In this document: piece after piece, positions 38,107-52,532 of the stretch
Layout: the number at the start of each line of letters is the position of its first letter
Position numbering within the stretch: the first letter of the stretch is position 1
Assembly (NCBI GenBank): GCA_951406725.2
Contig: OX597833.1
Coordinates: 71,238,001-71,302,000 of the forward strand
DNA from: Octopus vulgaris
Lineage: Eukaryota
Reading direction: 5' to 3'
Length of the DNA: 64,000 bases
The notes under the pieces: model-generated
Database searches by the model: none
The model's input: only the letters and a program-made list of their open reading frames with translations
What the model was told of the DNA's origin: nothing
Program-made: the position numbers and the translations under genes

Positions 38107-38875
38107 AACCGCTAAGTAACGGGGACGTAAACACACCAGCATCGGTTGTCAAGCAATGCTAGGGGGACAAACACAGACACACAAACACATACATATATAT
38201 ATATATACACATATATACGACAGGTTTCTTTCAGTTTCCGTCTACCAAATCCACTCACAAGGCATTGGTCGGCCCGGGGCTATAGCAGAAGACTCTTTTC
38301 CCTAAACTTCAGATGCCACACAGTGGGACTGAACCCGGAACCATGTGATATATATAATAATGATAATAATCGTGCTTTCATGTAGCGAAAGACTTTTTTC
38401 TATTCCTGAGCGTTACACTAATAAATCTGTTTGTTTTGTACACCACCTGTCTTCGTCTTTTGTTGCATGAGATGGGCAGTTTGACCAGGGCTGGCAAGCT
38501 TGAAGGCTGCACCAGACTCCAGTCTGATTTGGCATGGTTTTCTATAGCTGGATGCCCTTCCTAATGCCAACCACTCCAAGAGTGTAATAGGCACCGGCAC
38601 AGGTGCCATTTGCATGACACCAGTATCCGCTACGACTGCGATTTCACTTGGCTTGATGTGTCCTTCTCAAGCACAACATAACACCAAGGGTTTTGGTCAT
38701 TCATCCTTGCCTCTACGAGGCCCAACTCTCAAAAGGAGCTTTTCCCGTGCCACCAGCATCGGCCGCTTTGCCTCCATGAGCCCCAATGCTCGAAAGGTGC
38801 TTCTTGACGTCCCAGTTACGTGACACCCGCATCGGCCTCAACTATGTCCTCCCTTGGCTTGATGGGTTTTCTCAA
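38107..38875 (-). mobile_element. Mosaic: family A fragment (38107-38347), partial copy of the 57178 element (~38388-38464), RTE ORF end/3'-UTR fragments (38465-38875)
   Basis: Piecewise homology to other copies in the window. Confidence 0.75.
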
Positions 38876-39307
38876 CCAGACACACATTAACAACAACAAC
38901 AAACACGGCCACCACTCAATACAAGTGCAATTGATGAGATATTAAACTCCACAATCAAGAACCCTTCACAGTTCAGCTATCCACTTCCTCATTTCCTCAA
39001 AATACCACAAGTGACCCATCATCATCATCATTGTCATCATGTTCTACTGTTCCTACTCTTACCACAGCTAAACAATAGCAACAACAACAAGATCAGCATT
39101 AGAAATCCCTCTTCAATACTAAAACAATTGACGACCCATTAAACACCACAGTCCCGAGGGCTCTTCTCCACAGTCAGGACACTCAAAGTTTTCTCAGAGC
39201 AACACAAGAGATCCATCATCACCATTGTCATCCTATTCTACTGCTACCACCACCAAAAATATTATTATACTTGTGTTTGTTTTGATATTAAGAATGAAAA
39301 AAAAATT

Positions 39308-39705
39308 GGCAGGAGTGGCTGTGTGGTAAGTAGCTTGTTTACCAATCACATGGTTCCGGGTTCAGTCCCACTGCGTGGCATATTGGGCAAGTGTCTTCTA
39401 CTATAGCCTCGGACCGACCAAAGCCTTGTGAGTTTATTTGGTAGAAGGAAACTGAAAGAAGCCCGTCGTACATATGTATATATATATATATGTGTGTGTT
39501 TGTGTTTGTCCCCCTAGCATTGCTTGACAACCGATGCTGGTGTGTTTATGTCCCCGTCACTTAGCGGTTCGGCAAAAGAGACCGATAGAATAAGTACTAG
39601 GATTACAAAGAATAAGTCCCGGGGTCGATTTGCTCGATTAAAAAAGGCGGTGCTCCAGCATGATCGCAGTCAAATGACTGAAACAAGTAAAAGAGTAAAA
39701 GAGTA
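39308..39705 (+). mobile_element. SINE family A
   Basis: Full-length homology. Confidence 0.92.
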
Positions 39706-40114
39706 TTATCCTCATCAACGTTTTAGATCTGGTTGTTAGATGCTTGCAGGGGTCAGATACGGGTGGACTGGGGACAGGTTTTCTCTGGCCAGATGCCCTT
39801 CCTGTTTCCCTGTTGGATAAGAATCTCTCATTTGCTTGAACAACAAACAGTGGACTGTGACCTTCCTCGTGTTTACCCTCGCTACATTTCTACAGTAGAT
39901 ATATCGGTTAATGTTCTTTGCTTGCTTTTGTTCTTGTTACCGACAGCAGAACGGGTGTGTGTGTGTGTGTGTGTTGACCTCGGTTGTCTTTGAACATATT
40001 CCATCCGCATTCTTCTTCTATTATTGTGGTAACGGGTTGTGATTAGGGCCTACATTCCAACCACGCTCATTTTTCATATCAAAATATGTCTGTCGGGGTC
40101 TGCTTCCTGCATTT

Positions 40115-40397
40115 GTCGAACAGTTAAGTGACGGGGACGTAAACACACCAGCATCGGTTGTCAAGCGATGTTGGGAGGACAAACACAGACACACAAACAT
40201 ACATACATACACACACACATACATATATACGACGGGCTTCTTTCAGTTTCCGTCTACCAAATCCACTCACAAGGCTTTGGTCGGCCCGAGGCTATAGTAG
40301 AAGAAAGACACTACTTGCCCAAGGTGCCTCACAGTGAGAATGAACCCGGAACCATGTGGTTGGCAAGCAAGCTACTTACCACACAGCCACCTCCTGT
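40115..40397 (-). mobile_element. SINE family A, tail missing
   Basis: Head and body homology. Confidence 0.85.
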
Positions 40398-41502
40398 AAT
40401 GATGATGTAATGAAATCTGCCGTCCATAAACAGCGATTGGAAACTCGGAAGAAAATCTAGAATTTGAGAAACCGAGTGATGACCAGCCCTGAATAACAAT
40501 TAGTCCAGTTGGGCGAGTTTGTAGGAAAGTTCGTTAAGTCTAATTACCTTAATGGGTTCAATGGCAATTGAACTTATTGACCTTTCCTCCGAACTCTGAA
40601 TTTAGTTGGTCAGAGTGAATAAATAATATCCATTTGTCTGTCTGTGTGTCAGCGCCAATATTTCTTGACTCTAACTCGGTCTAGTTGTGGCCGGCACCCT
40701 TTTTTTTACTCAACACAATCACACACACACATGCGCACGCACACACACACACACACAAATGCGCGCGCGCACACACACGCAAATGCACACGTACACACAC
40801 ACACGCACAAATGCTCATGCACACACACACAAATGCGCACGCACACACACATATCCAACGGATACATACATACTCCTGTACATAACTACTCTCACACACA
40901 GACGCACACACCACGTACGTACACACATGCACGCGCGCACACACACACAAGTATTCACATATGCAACAAGTACATACACACACACACACACACACGCACA
41001 GACACACACACCAGTCTGTCCCTCCTCGCCCACCCCCACTTAACAACAGCCAGACACAATCTTATACGAAGATGTCTCTTCAACATTTTTCCTGTTTGTC
41101 ACATCTCCTCTCCCCCCTTCCTCCACCCGTTCACCACTGTCTCACACTTTTACTACTCTTACTACTTCTCCACCACCACCTCCTCCTCCTCCTCCTCCTT
41201 CCAGCCAGCCATAACTCTTACACACTCATATATACGCACACACGCATACATACAAGCGCACATGCACACACACACACACACACTACTGTCACAAACTTGA
41301 TTGACGCACCATACCACCTTTCAAACGGCTTCTACAGATCTCTCTCTCCCTCCCTTCCTCTCTCTCCCTACCCCCCTCTCTCTCCCCTCTGTAAGCGTAT
41401 ATATATATGTGTGTGTGTGTGTGTATTCTTATATACAAATGCATATATTGAAACATTGAAATATATATGTATGTGTACATACGTATATTTGTATGTGTTT
41501 GT

Positions 41503-41539
<37 letters not shown>

Positions 41540-42143
41540 GAGAGAGAGGGTGGTGCAAAATTAGGTATACATCATCGTTTAACGTCCGTTTTTCATGCTG
41601 GCATGGGTTGGCCGGTTTGACTGCGGACTGGCAAGCCACGAGGCCACACCAGGCTCCAATCTGATCTGACAAGGTTTCTACAAGGCTCCAACAATTATTG
41701 GTACTACTACCACCTTTTTCAGTGACCACAACTGCTTAGCCTCCCAAGCTAACCTGTCATACCTATCGACTTTTCTTTCTTCCTTATCGCATACCTTGTT
41801 GTCAGCTGGGCATGCTGTATCTATGATCCAGGATCCTTTGCTTTCTTTCTCAACACCATGTCTGGGTTCCTATTCTCTACCTCATGGTCGCACTGAATCA
41901 TAAAATCCCACAGGATCTTTGCATTATCATTTTTGGTGATGCCTTCAGGTTTATGGTCGGACCAGTTTACCAGTTATTTTTCTCTGTCAAATCCATACTT
42001 ATTGCAAAGTGTCCAATGGACAAGACTCGCTATATTTGTCGTGGTGTCTATTATATTCCTCCTGGGCTTCTGGTGCACATTGGCTGGTAATAGACCATAC
42101 AGTTACAGTTACAATTAATATTATTATTATTATTATCATTATT

Positions 42144-42697
42144 GAGTGAGAGAGCAGTTCATGCCATCAAAGTGACACTGGGGTAAAATATACGAAGCCC
42201 AATATACCCATCATGACTACCCGTCTGATAAAGGTACACCAGGCACATGCATCACAACCATATGTGCGCGACATGGTGATCTCATATCAAGATAAATAGC
42301 ACATGACCTTGCAGGTGGGGCCCAGTTAGAATTTTCTTCAGGTTGAGTAGCCCATCCCGCTCAAACGGTCCCTGAATAAGGATTGTTTAAGGATGTTGAA
42401 AGAACCACCCATGTTTCCAGAGGTGAACTATTCAAACCCCAAAGAATCCCTCTCAACACATGGCTATGATGCTCCCCCACTACTTCTGCTCGTGATCAGA
42501 GATGCACATATCGTCAGCCACTAAGGGACATGCTCAACTGGTTAAGGTCAAACAACTGACAAGCAAATCTGTGGTATTGAGCAGAATATTTGCTGTAGCC
42601 CATCTTTTATACCAAGACAAAACAATGTACATGATAATACTTCCAATTAGATAAGATCAAAAGCCATGAGAGCCACTGCCTGGTACTGCATCAGGGC
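42144..42697 (-). mobile_element. ~550-bp non-coding element inserted in (TTA)n, longer copy
   Basis: (TTA)n on both sides, no TIRs, homologous to 30386-30879. Confidence 0.85.
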
Positions 42698-42749
<52 letters not shown>

Positions 42750-43044
42750 GAGGGCAGCACATTGTCAGAATCCTGAGAACGAAGCACTTTGCAAATGTCT
42801 GCTGCAGCTATTTGTGTGACTTCAGCCAATGTAAACTTTGTTTCCAAGGTTCATGAAAGAAAGTACCAGCCAAAATGTGTGTGCGTGTGTGCGAGTGTCC
42901 ATGTATATATGTGTGTGCTTGTGTGTGTGTCTGTGTGTGTCCGTGTATGTATGTGTGTGTGTGTGTATACATTTCACACTTGAAGTTTTATCCTTTATCC
43001 TTTATCAATAAACTATCAACATATTTCACTGCCTTTGATGCTAT

Positions 43045-43430
<386 letters not shown>

Positions 43431-43817
43431 TAATGTCTCTCTTGCCATAGAATTGGTTTTTCCTGTCAGAGAATCGGTTATTATCAGGAATGCAGAAATA
43501 TGGCTGAATCAGTTGTCGAGGAACTGCGTGCAACGTTGGCAATAAAGGAGGAGGTTGTTGGGTACTTTAACGAGTTAGTTCCATTAGTTGGAGATAATGT
43601 GAAACGAAAAAAAATAAAAATAAAAATAAAAGAAATTACGTAATGTAACATAAAAAAAGAATACTTCCACAAGGAGAAGAATAACAACAACCACAACAAC
43701 AATAACACCAAGTTGGATAACAACCACAGAACAGATTGAACTCTTCTGAAAGCTGGAAACATTCGTAGCTCTGATGTCTCTGATGCAGATAGTTAATGAT
43801 GATGATGATGATGATAA

Positions 43818-44316
43818 GGGGACTGCCTGTCCCCACTGATCTTTGAACTGTGCTTGATACCACTAACACTGTTTCTGAATTAAAGCAAAAGATGGGTTTG
43901 TATTCAAAAGCCGCCAGCAAAAAGTCAACCATTTGCTATTCATGGATGACCTCAAACTTTATGGTAAAGATGAAGCCCGAGTCAGTTCCCTCGTTGATAC
44001 AGTGCATACCTTTAGTGCTGATATCAGAATGGAGTTTGGACTGAGAAAGTGTGATGTGTTAGTCCTGAAGAGAGGCAAAATCAAATGTATGGACGGGCTA
44101 ACGATACCATCGGGGGAGGATATGAAGCAGATAGAAGAGACGGGCTATAAGTACTTGGAGATTTTGGAAATGGATAAATTGATGGAGAAAGAAATGACAG
44201 AAAAATTTAAGGTGGAGTACTTGCGCAGACTGAGACTGATCCTTAAGTCGAAATTAAAAGGATGGAATTAGATCGAAGCTATCAACACCTGGGTGGTTTC
44301 ACTCCTTAGATATGGA
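43818..44316 (+). pseudogene. R4/Dong-clade non-LTR reverse transcriptase fragment
   Basis: GDCLSP/LIFELCLIPLT, then KVNHLLFMDDLKLYGK...IRMEFGLRKC...YKYLEILE...EYLRRLRLILKSKL...AINTWVVSLLRYG; the HLLFMDDLKL and MEFGL.KC motifs are typical of R4/Dong. Confidence 0.85.
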
Positions 44317-44719
44317 GGAGGAGGAGGAGAAGAAGAAGAAGAAGAAGAAGAAGAAGAAGAAGAAGAAGAAGAAGAAGAAGAAGAAATTAATAGAATAAAC
44401 AAATAATAAATATAAAAATCGGCAGACCAGCATGAGATGAAGTGTTTTATTCAGAAACATAACACACCACCCGCTCTAGGAATTGAAACCACAATCACAA
44501 TAACCATGAGTGCAGCACCCTAACCCCCAGGCCAGTGTTAATAACATTGAGCTGATCCTGTATGTGCAGCCCTCAGATGCCTTGCGACTGAATCGGGTGA
44601 GAGTGAAGAGAGGGAGAGATGAAATAAGGGTCAAGAAAGGGAGCAATGAAACCTACAATTTACAGGATAAGACAAATATAGAAAAAAAGGGAGCAGTAAA
44701 ATAGTTGTAAAAAGGAAAG

Positions 44720-44870
44720 GGTTCATAGGGACATCAAGAGTTGGGGAATTTCAGGAAGTAGGGAATATTTTGAAGGGTCCAGTGTTTTGACAGCGAACAA
44801 CTGATGGGAGTAGTTTAGTCAATGATTCAACAGTTCTGAACATTTCCAAAAGTCATTGGTACCACACGGT
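44720..44870 (-). mobile_element. Highly degenerate CR1-type 3' end
   Basis: atttcaggaag and acaactgat shared with 32985-33110; PSVVRCQNTGPFK-like translation. Confidence 0.45.
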
Positions 44871-44889
44871 TTTGTTTTTTAGTATTCTA

Positions 44890-45283
44890 CTAGCAGTATT
44901 GCCCGGCGTTGCTCGGGTTTGTAAGGGAAATAACTATACAGCATTTTTAGAGAGTTATAGCCAAAAAATAGCAAAAAAATGCATTAAAAATGGAAAAAAT
45001 ATGATGGTAAATTTTTTTTTAAATCGTTGACTCATCGTAGACATTTTTAGAGAGTTACTTCCCTTTAAAAAAATATGCATGAAAATGGAAAAAAATGATG
45101 GTAAATTATTTTTAAAATCGTAGACTCATCGTAGACGTGCGCTAATACCCAGAAGGGCTCGATATGAATCACGACTATAAGATACACGGTTTTGGTTAAA
45201 CTGCACCACAAAATGTGGGAGTAGTTAGGAATCTAAATCGAAGGGGACAGACACTCACACAACTACAGTTTTATATATATAGA
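44890..45283 (-). mobile_element. Non-autonomous Helitron, second copy
   Basis: 5' TC at 45283, 3' hairpin cccgagcaacgccggg and CTAG at 44890, A|T target; internal duplication. Confidence 0.85.
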
Positions 45284-45402
45284 TTAGCAGAGCCATGGCT
45301 GCAAGAGATATTGAATTCAAAAAGATGGTCAGCCTTGTTGATAGAAAGACAGGGGTTTTTTGTGGTCTTCTATCAAGTCAACTACCAGACACTGAAATTT
45401 TA

Positions 45403-45773
45403 TAGTAAAGATTGTTTGCCAACATAACATGTCAGTCCTGGTTTAGGATGAATGTTACTGTAATTTAGCCCAGGAGACATCGTCTCCAGCTGGCTATACG
45501 ACACGATCTGTGTCCTTATATTTTCGAACAAAGGTATCTAGCACCCCCACTCAGCTCAAAACAATATCTGTGTATCGCGATTTCCGGATTATTTTGCGAT
45601 ACACAGATATTGTTTTGAGCTGAGTGGGGGTGAACAGCTCCCTTGTTTGAAAATATAAAGACACAGATTGTATCATATAGCCCAGCTGGAGACGATGTCT
45701 CCTGGGGCTAAATTACAGCAACATTCATCCTAAACCAGGATTGCCATGTTATGTTGGCAAACAATCTTTACTA
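45403..45773. mobile_element. Foldback/MITE: near-perfect 371-bp palindrome
   Basis: tagtaaagattgtttgccaacataacatg...catgttatgttggcaaacaatctttacta; arms pair over ~175 bp around a short spacer near 45580-45595. Confidence 0.9.
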
Positions 45774-46378
45774 CAAATTACTGTTGCTGAATATCTCACG
45801 TTGTGAGATTTCAAAGTCGTAATTTACTGAAATTTTCATGGCCAGAGAAGCAAGATGTTCCAGATGTAGTGACTGGTGGAGGGTATTCATTTGTCTGTCA
45901 GATGTCTTTGGGTATTCAGCTGTTTGTTACAAAACCGACGAAGGACAGTGAAATGTCAAAATTGGTAAAAAGTCTGGTGTTCTAAGTAACCTTTCCATTC
46001 ATCCTATCACAAGAACATTACTCATAATTGCTATAATTCTTTAAACCATTCAACTGGTTACTGTGTCTCTCTTAACGACTTCATAACCGCTTCTTTTGCA
46101 ACCGTTCAGTTCGGAAATCAATAGATTCTCTTCAAAGTTAAACTTGTGGACAACATTAAAGATGAAAGCTGCAACGAGTCTTCCAGTTTAGTTCATACCA
46201 AAAGTGACTCACCAAGAGATTCTGGTAACTTGTTACTGTTGTTGGTATTGTTTAGCACCTGGTCAACCCTGATCAAGCAACACCTCTGATCAAAACCATT
46301 CCAGCCATGACCATCCTGCCTTTTTAGGGATGGCAATAAGGCTACAATCTAAGATAATAGGAAGGTGGTGAACTGGCA

Positions 46379-46504
46379 GAACCATTAGGGGGCAGAACCA
46401 TTAGGGGGCAGAACCATTAGGGGGCTGAACCATTAGGGGACAGAACCATTAGGGGGCAGAACCATTAGGGGGCTGAACCATTAGGGGGCAGAACCATTAG
46501 GGGG
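46379..46504 (+). repeat. 16-bp minisatellite (GAACCATTAGGGGGCA) x8 inside a SINE E head
   Basis: Units start at 46379, 46395, 46411 ... 46491. Confidence 0.92.
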
Positions 46505-47209
46505 TTTGACAGCGTTTCTTCCAGTTCTTTGCGTTCCAAATTCAAATCCCTTCTGGGATCAGTTTTTGCCTTTTTGGGACCGATAAAATAAAGTACCAGA
46601 CCAAGTATTGGGGTCAATGTAACTGACTGTCCCCTTCTTCTTAAAGTAGCTGGCCTTGTACCAAAATTTGAAACCATTATTATTAAAAAGTTGGTGAATT
46701 GGCAGAACTGGTAGAGCACCAGACAAGATGCCTTGTGGTATTGCTTGTGGCTCTTTACATTCTGAGTTCAAACCACACTGAGGTCTTCCTGTTACTTTGA
46801 CATTTTTACTCTGCATGCTTTAGATTCATTACTATGGCAACAGTCCAAATATTTATTGATCCCCATCACACTATCATCGCTTTTCTCTCTCTCTCTCTCT
46901 CTCTCCTCGCTCTCTCGCTGCTCCCTCTCTCTCCCCCCTTTCCTCACCTGAGGTAGCCATGTTTCCCTTATAACGCAAAACTCCTTTCTTCTGTCCCTCA
47001 AAACTGCTCCTTCCCTCACTCGAGAGGGTTTTGTCTTGCGAATCATCCGGTTAACTCACAACAGCAGGTGACACGTAAGAATCCCTCAGTGCCACTCTGT
47101 AAAGCGGTTGGCACCAGGAAGGGGCATCCAGGTGCAGAAGCCAAGCGAGAGACAGGCAGCAAGGGATGGGTGCGGCCTTCTGGATGGCCACTTGGAAACA
47201 GATGCTAAA

Positions 47210-47550
47210 CAATGATGATGATGATGATGCTGATAATGATGAGGAGGAGGAAGAGGAGGAGGAGGAGGGAGCAGAAGAAGAGGAGGAGGATAACGATGAT
47301 GATGATGATGACGACGACAACGACAATGACGATGATGACGATGACAATGATGATGATGATGATAATGGTGATGATGATGATGGTGATGATGATGATGATG
47401 AGGAGGAGGAGGAGGAGGAAGATGATGATGATATACTGCTCTCTCTGGAAATTCTCAGCCTGCTCTATCATCATCATCACCACTACCACCACCACCACCA
47501 CCACCATCATCCTCATCATCATCGTCGTCATCACCATCCTCATCACCATC
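47210..47550. repeat. (GAT)n/(GAG)n/(CAT)n trinucleotide tracts following an old family B end
   Basis: Direct inspection; family B-like block at 47060-47215. Confidence 0.9.
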
Positions 47551-47977
47551 GTCACGAGTTCAGTTCCCAATCCTCTGTATTTCATTCCAGGCAGGTAACC
47601 TACTAAATATCTCAATCTCTGATGGATGAGATGATCTGATGTTAATAAGATCGTTAAGCCTTCCCTTCCATTAACCTCATCAGCAGAGATCCTAATTGCA
47701 CACAACTGCCTGTTTTGATGATCTGCTTTGATCTGCAAGCGTCATCAGATCTCTCAGCTTCTCAATGGAGTATCAGCCGTGAGACCCCAAACAAGGTCAC
47801 ACTCTCACCTTGACACTCAAAACTGCCAAACTTCCCCCCCCCCACCTTGCAAACCTAGTAATAATAATAAACACAATCACCAGACAAGACAGGCAACACC
47901 CCCCTCACCCTCTTCCTCTCTCTCTCTTTCTCTCCATCCTCTCTCACCTCTTGCCCTACATCTATCTGTGCACTGTG

Positions 47978-48425
<448 letters not shown>

Positions 48426-49242
48426 TGATGAGGCAGAGAGAGTCAGAGAGACAGACCTATAAGTAGATAAATAGAATTAAGTTCTTTTAGTCGATTATTT
48501 TAATTTTTATTATTTTTTATTTTATTTATATCATCATCATCATCATCATCATTATTATTTTTATTATTATTTTAGACGGTTTTTTTTCTATTATGTAATT
48601 TCTAACCATGCAGGTACATTTTAGTATACACACACACACACATACACAAAGAGTTCTAGATGAACAGGTAAGATCTTGTTATGTAAACGACATTGAATAA
48701 TACACAAGTGCAATTAACAGCTCAGGTGTGTAAAAAATTAGGTGTGGGGAGTGGAGGACGATGGGGGGATATAGAGGGCGTAGAGGGGTGGTGTGGGAAT
48801 GTGCTGGTGGTGGTGGTGGTGGTGGGTGGTGGGTGGGTGAATATGGGTATAGTACAATCTGCGCTCTAATAGTTAGCATTTTTGTCTGGTAAAGCAGAAA
48901 AGTTTTACCTCAGTTTCTAGCAGGTGATTGCTCTGGTTGCTCACGAAGGATACTCTGCAATACGGCCGTGTGTGTGTGTGTGTGTGTGTATACAAACATC
49001 ATGCATTTGCACATGCTTACATACATACATGCGTACGTACGTACATAGACATGCATATACACGCATATTTGCATGCATACTTACTCATATACATACAGAG
49101 GTACAGACTGACTGACAGACAGACAAACATTCAGACATTCCAGTGATGGAGCTTTGTATCTTTGTTAGAAGCCAACTCTTTCCTCAGCAGAAGGAATTAA
49201 ATAATTAAAAACAGAAGAGAACATTAATGCACACATGCATGC

Positions 49243-49287
<45 letters not shown>

Positions 49288-49319
49288 TAACATCATCATC
49301 ATCATCATCATCATCATCA

Positions 49320-49652
49320 ATAAGTACATCAACATCAAAATAAAAATCAAATGGAAATGGTAGTTGTGACACCTGTGCCGGTGACACATAAAAAGCACCA
49401 TCGGAACGTGGCCGATGCCAGTACTGCCTTGATTGGCTTCCGTGCCATTGGCACGTAAAAAGCACCAACAAATCATGGCTGTTGCCCACTACACTCATAG
49501 ACTGGTTGGCGTTAGGAAGGGCATCCAGCTGTAGAAACACTGCCAGATCAGACTGGAGCCTGGTGCAGCCTCCTGGCTTCCCACACCCAGGTCGAACTGT
49601 CCAACCCATGCTAGCACAGAAAATGGACGTTAAACGATGATGATGATGATGA
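49320..49652 (+). mobile_element. RTE 3'-UTR fragment (family B)
   Basis: Hairpin units, terminal block and (GAT)n. Confidence 0.88.
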
Positions 49653-49892
49653 TATATATATATATATATATACACATACATATATGCGTACATGCATACA
49701 TACATCAGTTGCCCTTTTACTTTTTCACAGGCAAATAATATTCCATTGTCTTAAGTAGAAATGGTACCAGCTATTTTTTTGCTAACGAAACTCTCTAACG
49801 ACTTTCAGCTGATGACCTTCAGCAAAGATCTTCAGCTCATAAAGTGGTTTGCTTTGAGTTGGCTGGAATTCGAAAACAACATTTTCAAAGAT

Positions 49893-50210
49893 TAATTTAT
49901 CGACCCCGAAAGGATGAAAGGCAAAGTCGACTTCGGCGGAATTTGAACTCAGAAACGTAAAGACAGATGAAATACCTATTTCTTTACTACCCACAAGGGG
50001 CTAAAAGCAGAGAGTACAAACAAGGACAGACAAACGGATTAAGTCGATTATATCAACCCCAGTGCGTAACTGGTACTTAATTAATCGACCTTGAAAAGAT
50101 GAAAGGCAAAGTTGACCTCGGAGGAATTTGAACTCAGAACGTAACGGCAGACGAAATACTACTAAGCATTTCGCATGGTGTGTTAATGATTCTGCCAGCT
50201 TCCGGCCTTA
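49893..50210 (-). mobile_element. Dimeric SINE family E
   Basis: Junction gaaatacctatttctttactac at ~49970-49990, same as at ~58144-58163. Confidence 0.85.
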
Positions 50211-50757
50211 CACTGACGAATATATATGCAAATATTTACAACTTCTGTATTCTCAAATGCTGAGAACTGTCTTGACTCAAACAAAAGAAGCTTTGTCACT
50301 TGGTTAGTGACCAGCTTGAATTCTGTGAAGAACAACTTTTACGTAAATCTCAAAGAAAAATAAACACAAATAAAACAGCAAATGTTCTTGTTTACTGGAA
50401 AAACATGTTCACCTATTACACGAGTGATTGCACACGATAGTTCAACCACACAGATACAAATAGCCACACACACCCACATACATACAAGCCTAAAGTTACA
50501 CACACACACATATATATATAAATATACACACACATTGATTCACAAATTCCTGGGGCTGTCTTGACTCAAAGAAGTCTTGTCATTCATTGCTCATGGCTGG
50601 CTTGAATCCTGCGAAGAAGAATTTAAAGAAATATCAAAACACACACACACACACACACACTCACTCTCACACACACACACACATTTATGGATGTATATAC
50701 ACTCATATGCATGTGTGTGTACATATGTAATGTACAGGGTGACATACATACTTGTAT

Positions 50758-50788
<31 letters not shown>

Positions 50789-51134
50789 TATATGCATGTC
50801 AATATGTAGTTGTATATATTTAACATACATGCACACACACACACGCACGCACATACACACGTACACACACCAATATGTCAGGTGTTGCTGCTGAAGAACA
50901 TGAAATCATTCGATTCCGTTGCCGCAATGGTAAGTGGTGAAAACTCTTCCGATTATTCAAGTCCCAGAGATCCTTATCCCAGCCACAGACAACCTGGCTC
51001 CACTCTGGGTCATTGCCCTCAAGTTCCACACAGGGATAGGATTGTCACTGATATGCACCCCCCCTGCCCCCTGTCATAGCAAAATGGTGGAATGAGGCAT
51101 GCTGGGATGCTTCAGTGATATTGATGAGAATGGC

Positions 51135-51431
51135 TGCGAGGTTTCAGGAGCTGGTTTGGTAAGCACATGGTTTCGGGTTCAGTCTCACTGGGTGGCACCA
51201 TGGGGAAATGCCTTCTACTATGGCCTGGGCTCACTAATGCCCTGTCAGTGAATTTACTGGACAGAAACTGTGTAGAAGCCTGTGTGGTAAGTAGCTTGTT
51301 TACCAACCACATGGTTCCAGGTTCAGTCCCACTGCGTGGCAGCTTGGGCAGGTGTCTTCTACTATAGCCTCAGGCTAACCAAAGCCTTGTGAGTAGATTT
51401 GGCAGACAGAAACTGAAAGAAGCCCATCATA

Positions 51432-51489
<58 letters not shown>

Positions 51490-52532
51490 GCCTCTGGCTC
51501 ATGAGTCCTCAGTCAAATCATCCAACCCATGACAGCATGGAAAGCAGAAGTAAAACAATGATGATGATGTATATATGTGTGTGTGTATGTGTTTGTTTGT
51601 GTCTGTGTTTGTCCCCCTACTATCGCTTGGCAACCAATACTGGTGTATTTACGTCCCCGTACCTTAGTGGTTCAGCCAGACACCGCTAGAATAAGTACTA
51701 GGCTTACAAAGAATATGTCATGGGCTTGATTTGTTCAACTAAAGGCGGTGCTCTAGCATGGCCGCAGTCAAATGACTGAAACAAATAAGAGAATAAAAGA
51801 ATACATACATATATATATATGTGTGTGTGTGTGTGTATGTATGTATATATATGTATATATATATATTGGAGATATGCTGTGACTGTGAAGACCCAGTAAA
51901 TGAAGTGAGATCATGGCTCGCAGGACGGCCTACTGTGCTAACCTTGGATCATAGAGTGACCCGCTGTTCTTGAGGAGACCTATTGAGTCAAGTACATCAA
52001 CACCAACATCGAAATGAAAATCAAATGGAAATTGTAGTTCAGATACCCGTGCCAATGGCACGTAAAAAGCACCATCCGAACGTGGCTGATGCCAGCACCA
52101 CCTGACTGGTGTTCGTGTCGGTGACACGTAAAAAGTACCTGCTGATCATGGCTGTTTGCCAGCCTCATCAGGCCCCTGTGGTTCTGGGTTCAGTCCCACT
52201 GCATGGCACCTTGGGCAAGTGTCTTCTACTATAGCCTTGGGTTGACCAAAGCCTTGTGAGTGGATTTGGTAGATGGAAACTAAAAGAAGCCCGCCATATG
52301 TGTGTGTGTGTGCATGTATATGTGTGCGCATGTGTCTTTGTGTGTGTGGGTCTGTGTTTGTCTCCATTACTTGAAAACCGACATTGGTGTGTTTACGCCC
52401 CTTTTACTTAGCGGTTCGGCAAAAGAGGCCGAAAGAAGAAGTACCAAGCTTACAAAGAATAAGTCCTGGGGTTGATTTCTTCAATCAAAAGCAGTGCTCC
52501 AGCACGGCCGCAGTCAAATGACTGAAACAAGT
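51135..52532 (+). mobile_element. Cluster: nested family A copies (51135-51800), RTE ORF end plus 3' UTR (51868-52175), family A (52178-52532)
   Basis: Piecewise homology; ggagatatgctgtg...aagtgaga runs into family B hairpin units. Confidence 0.8.

Noticed and set aside
46379-46504. Interstitial telomere
   Set aside because: TTAGGG occurs once per 16-bp unit derived from a SINE head, not as tandem hexamers
50882-50929. Exon ending at a GTAAGT donor
   Set aside because: Acceptor lacks a polypyrimidine tract and the peptide is unrecognised
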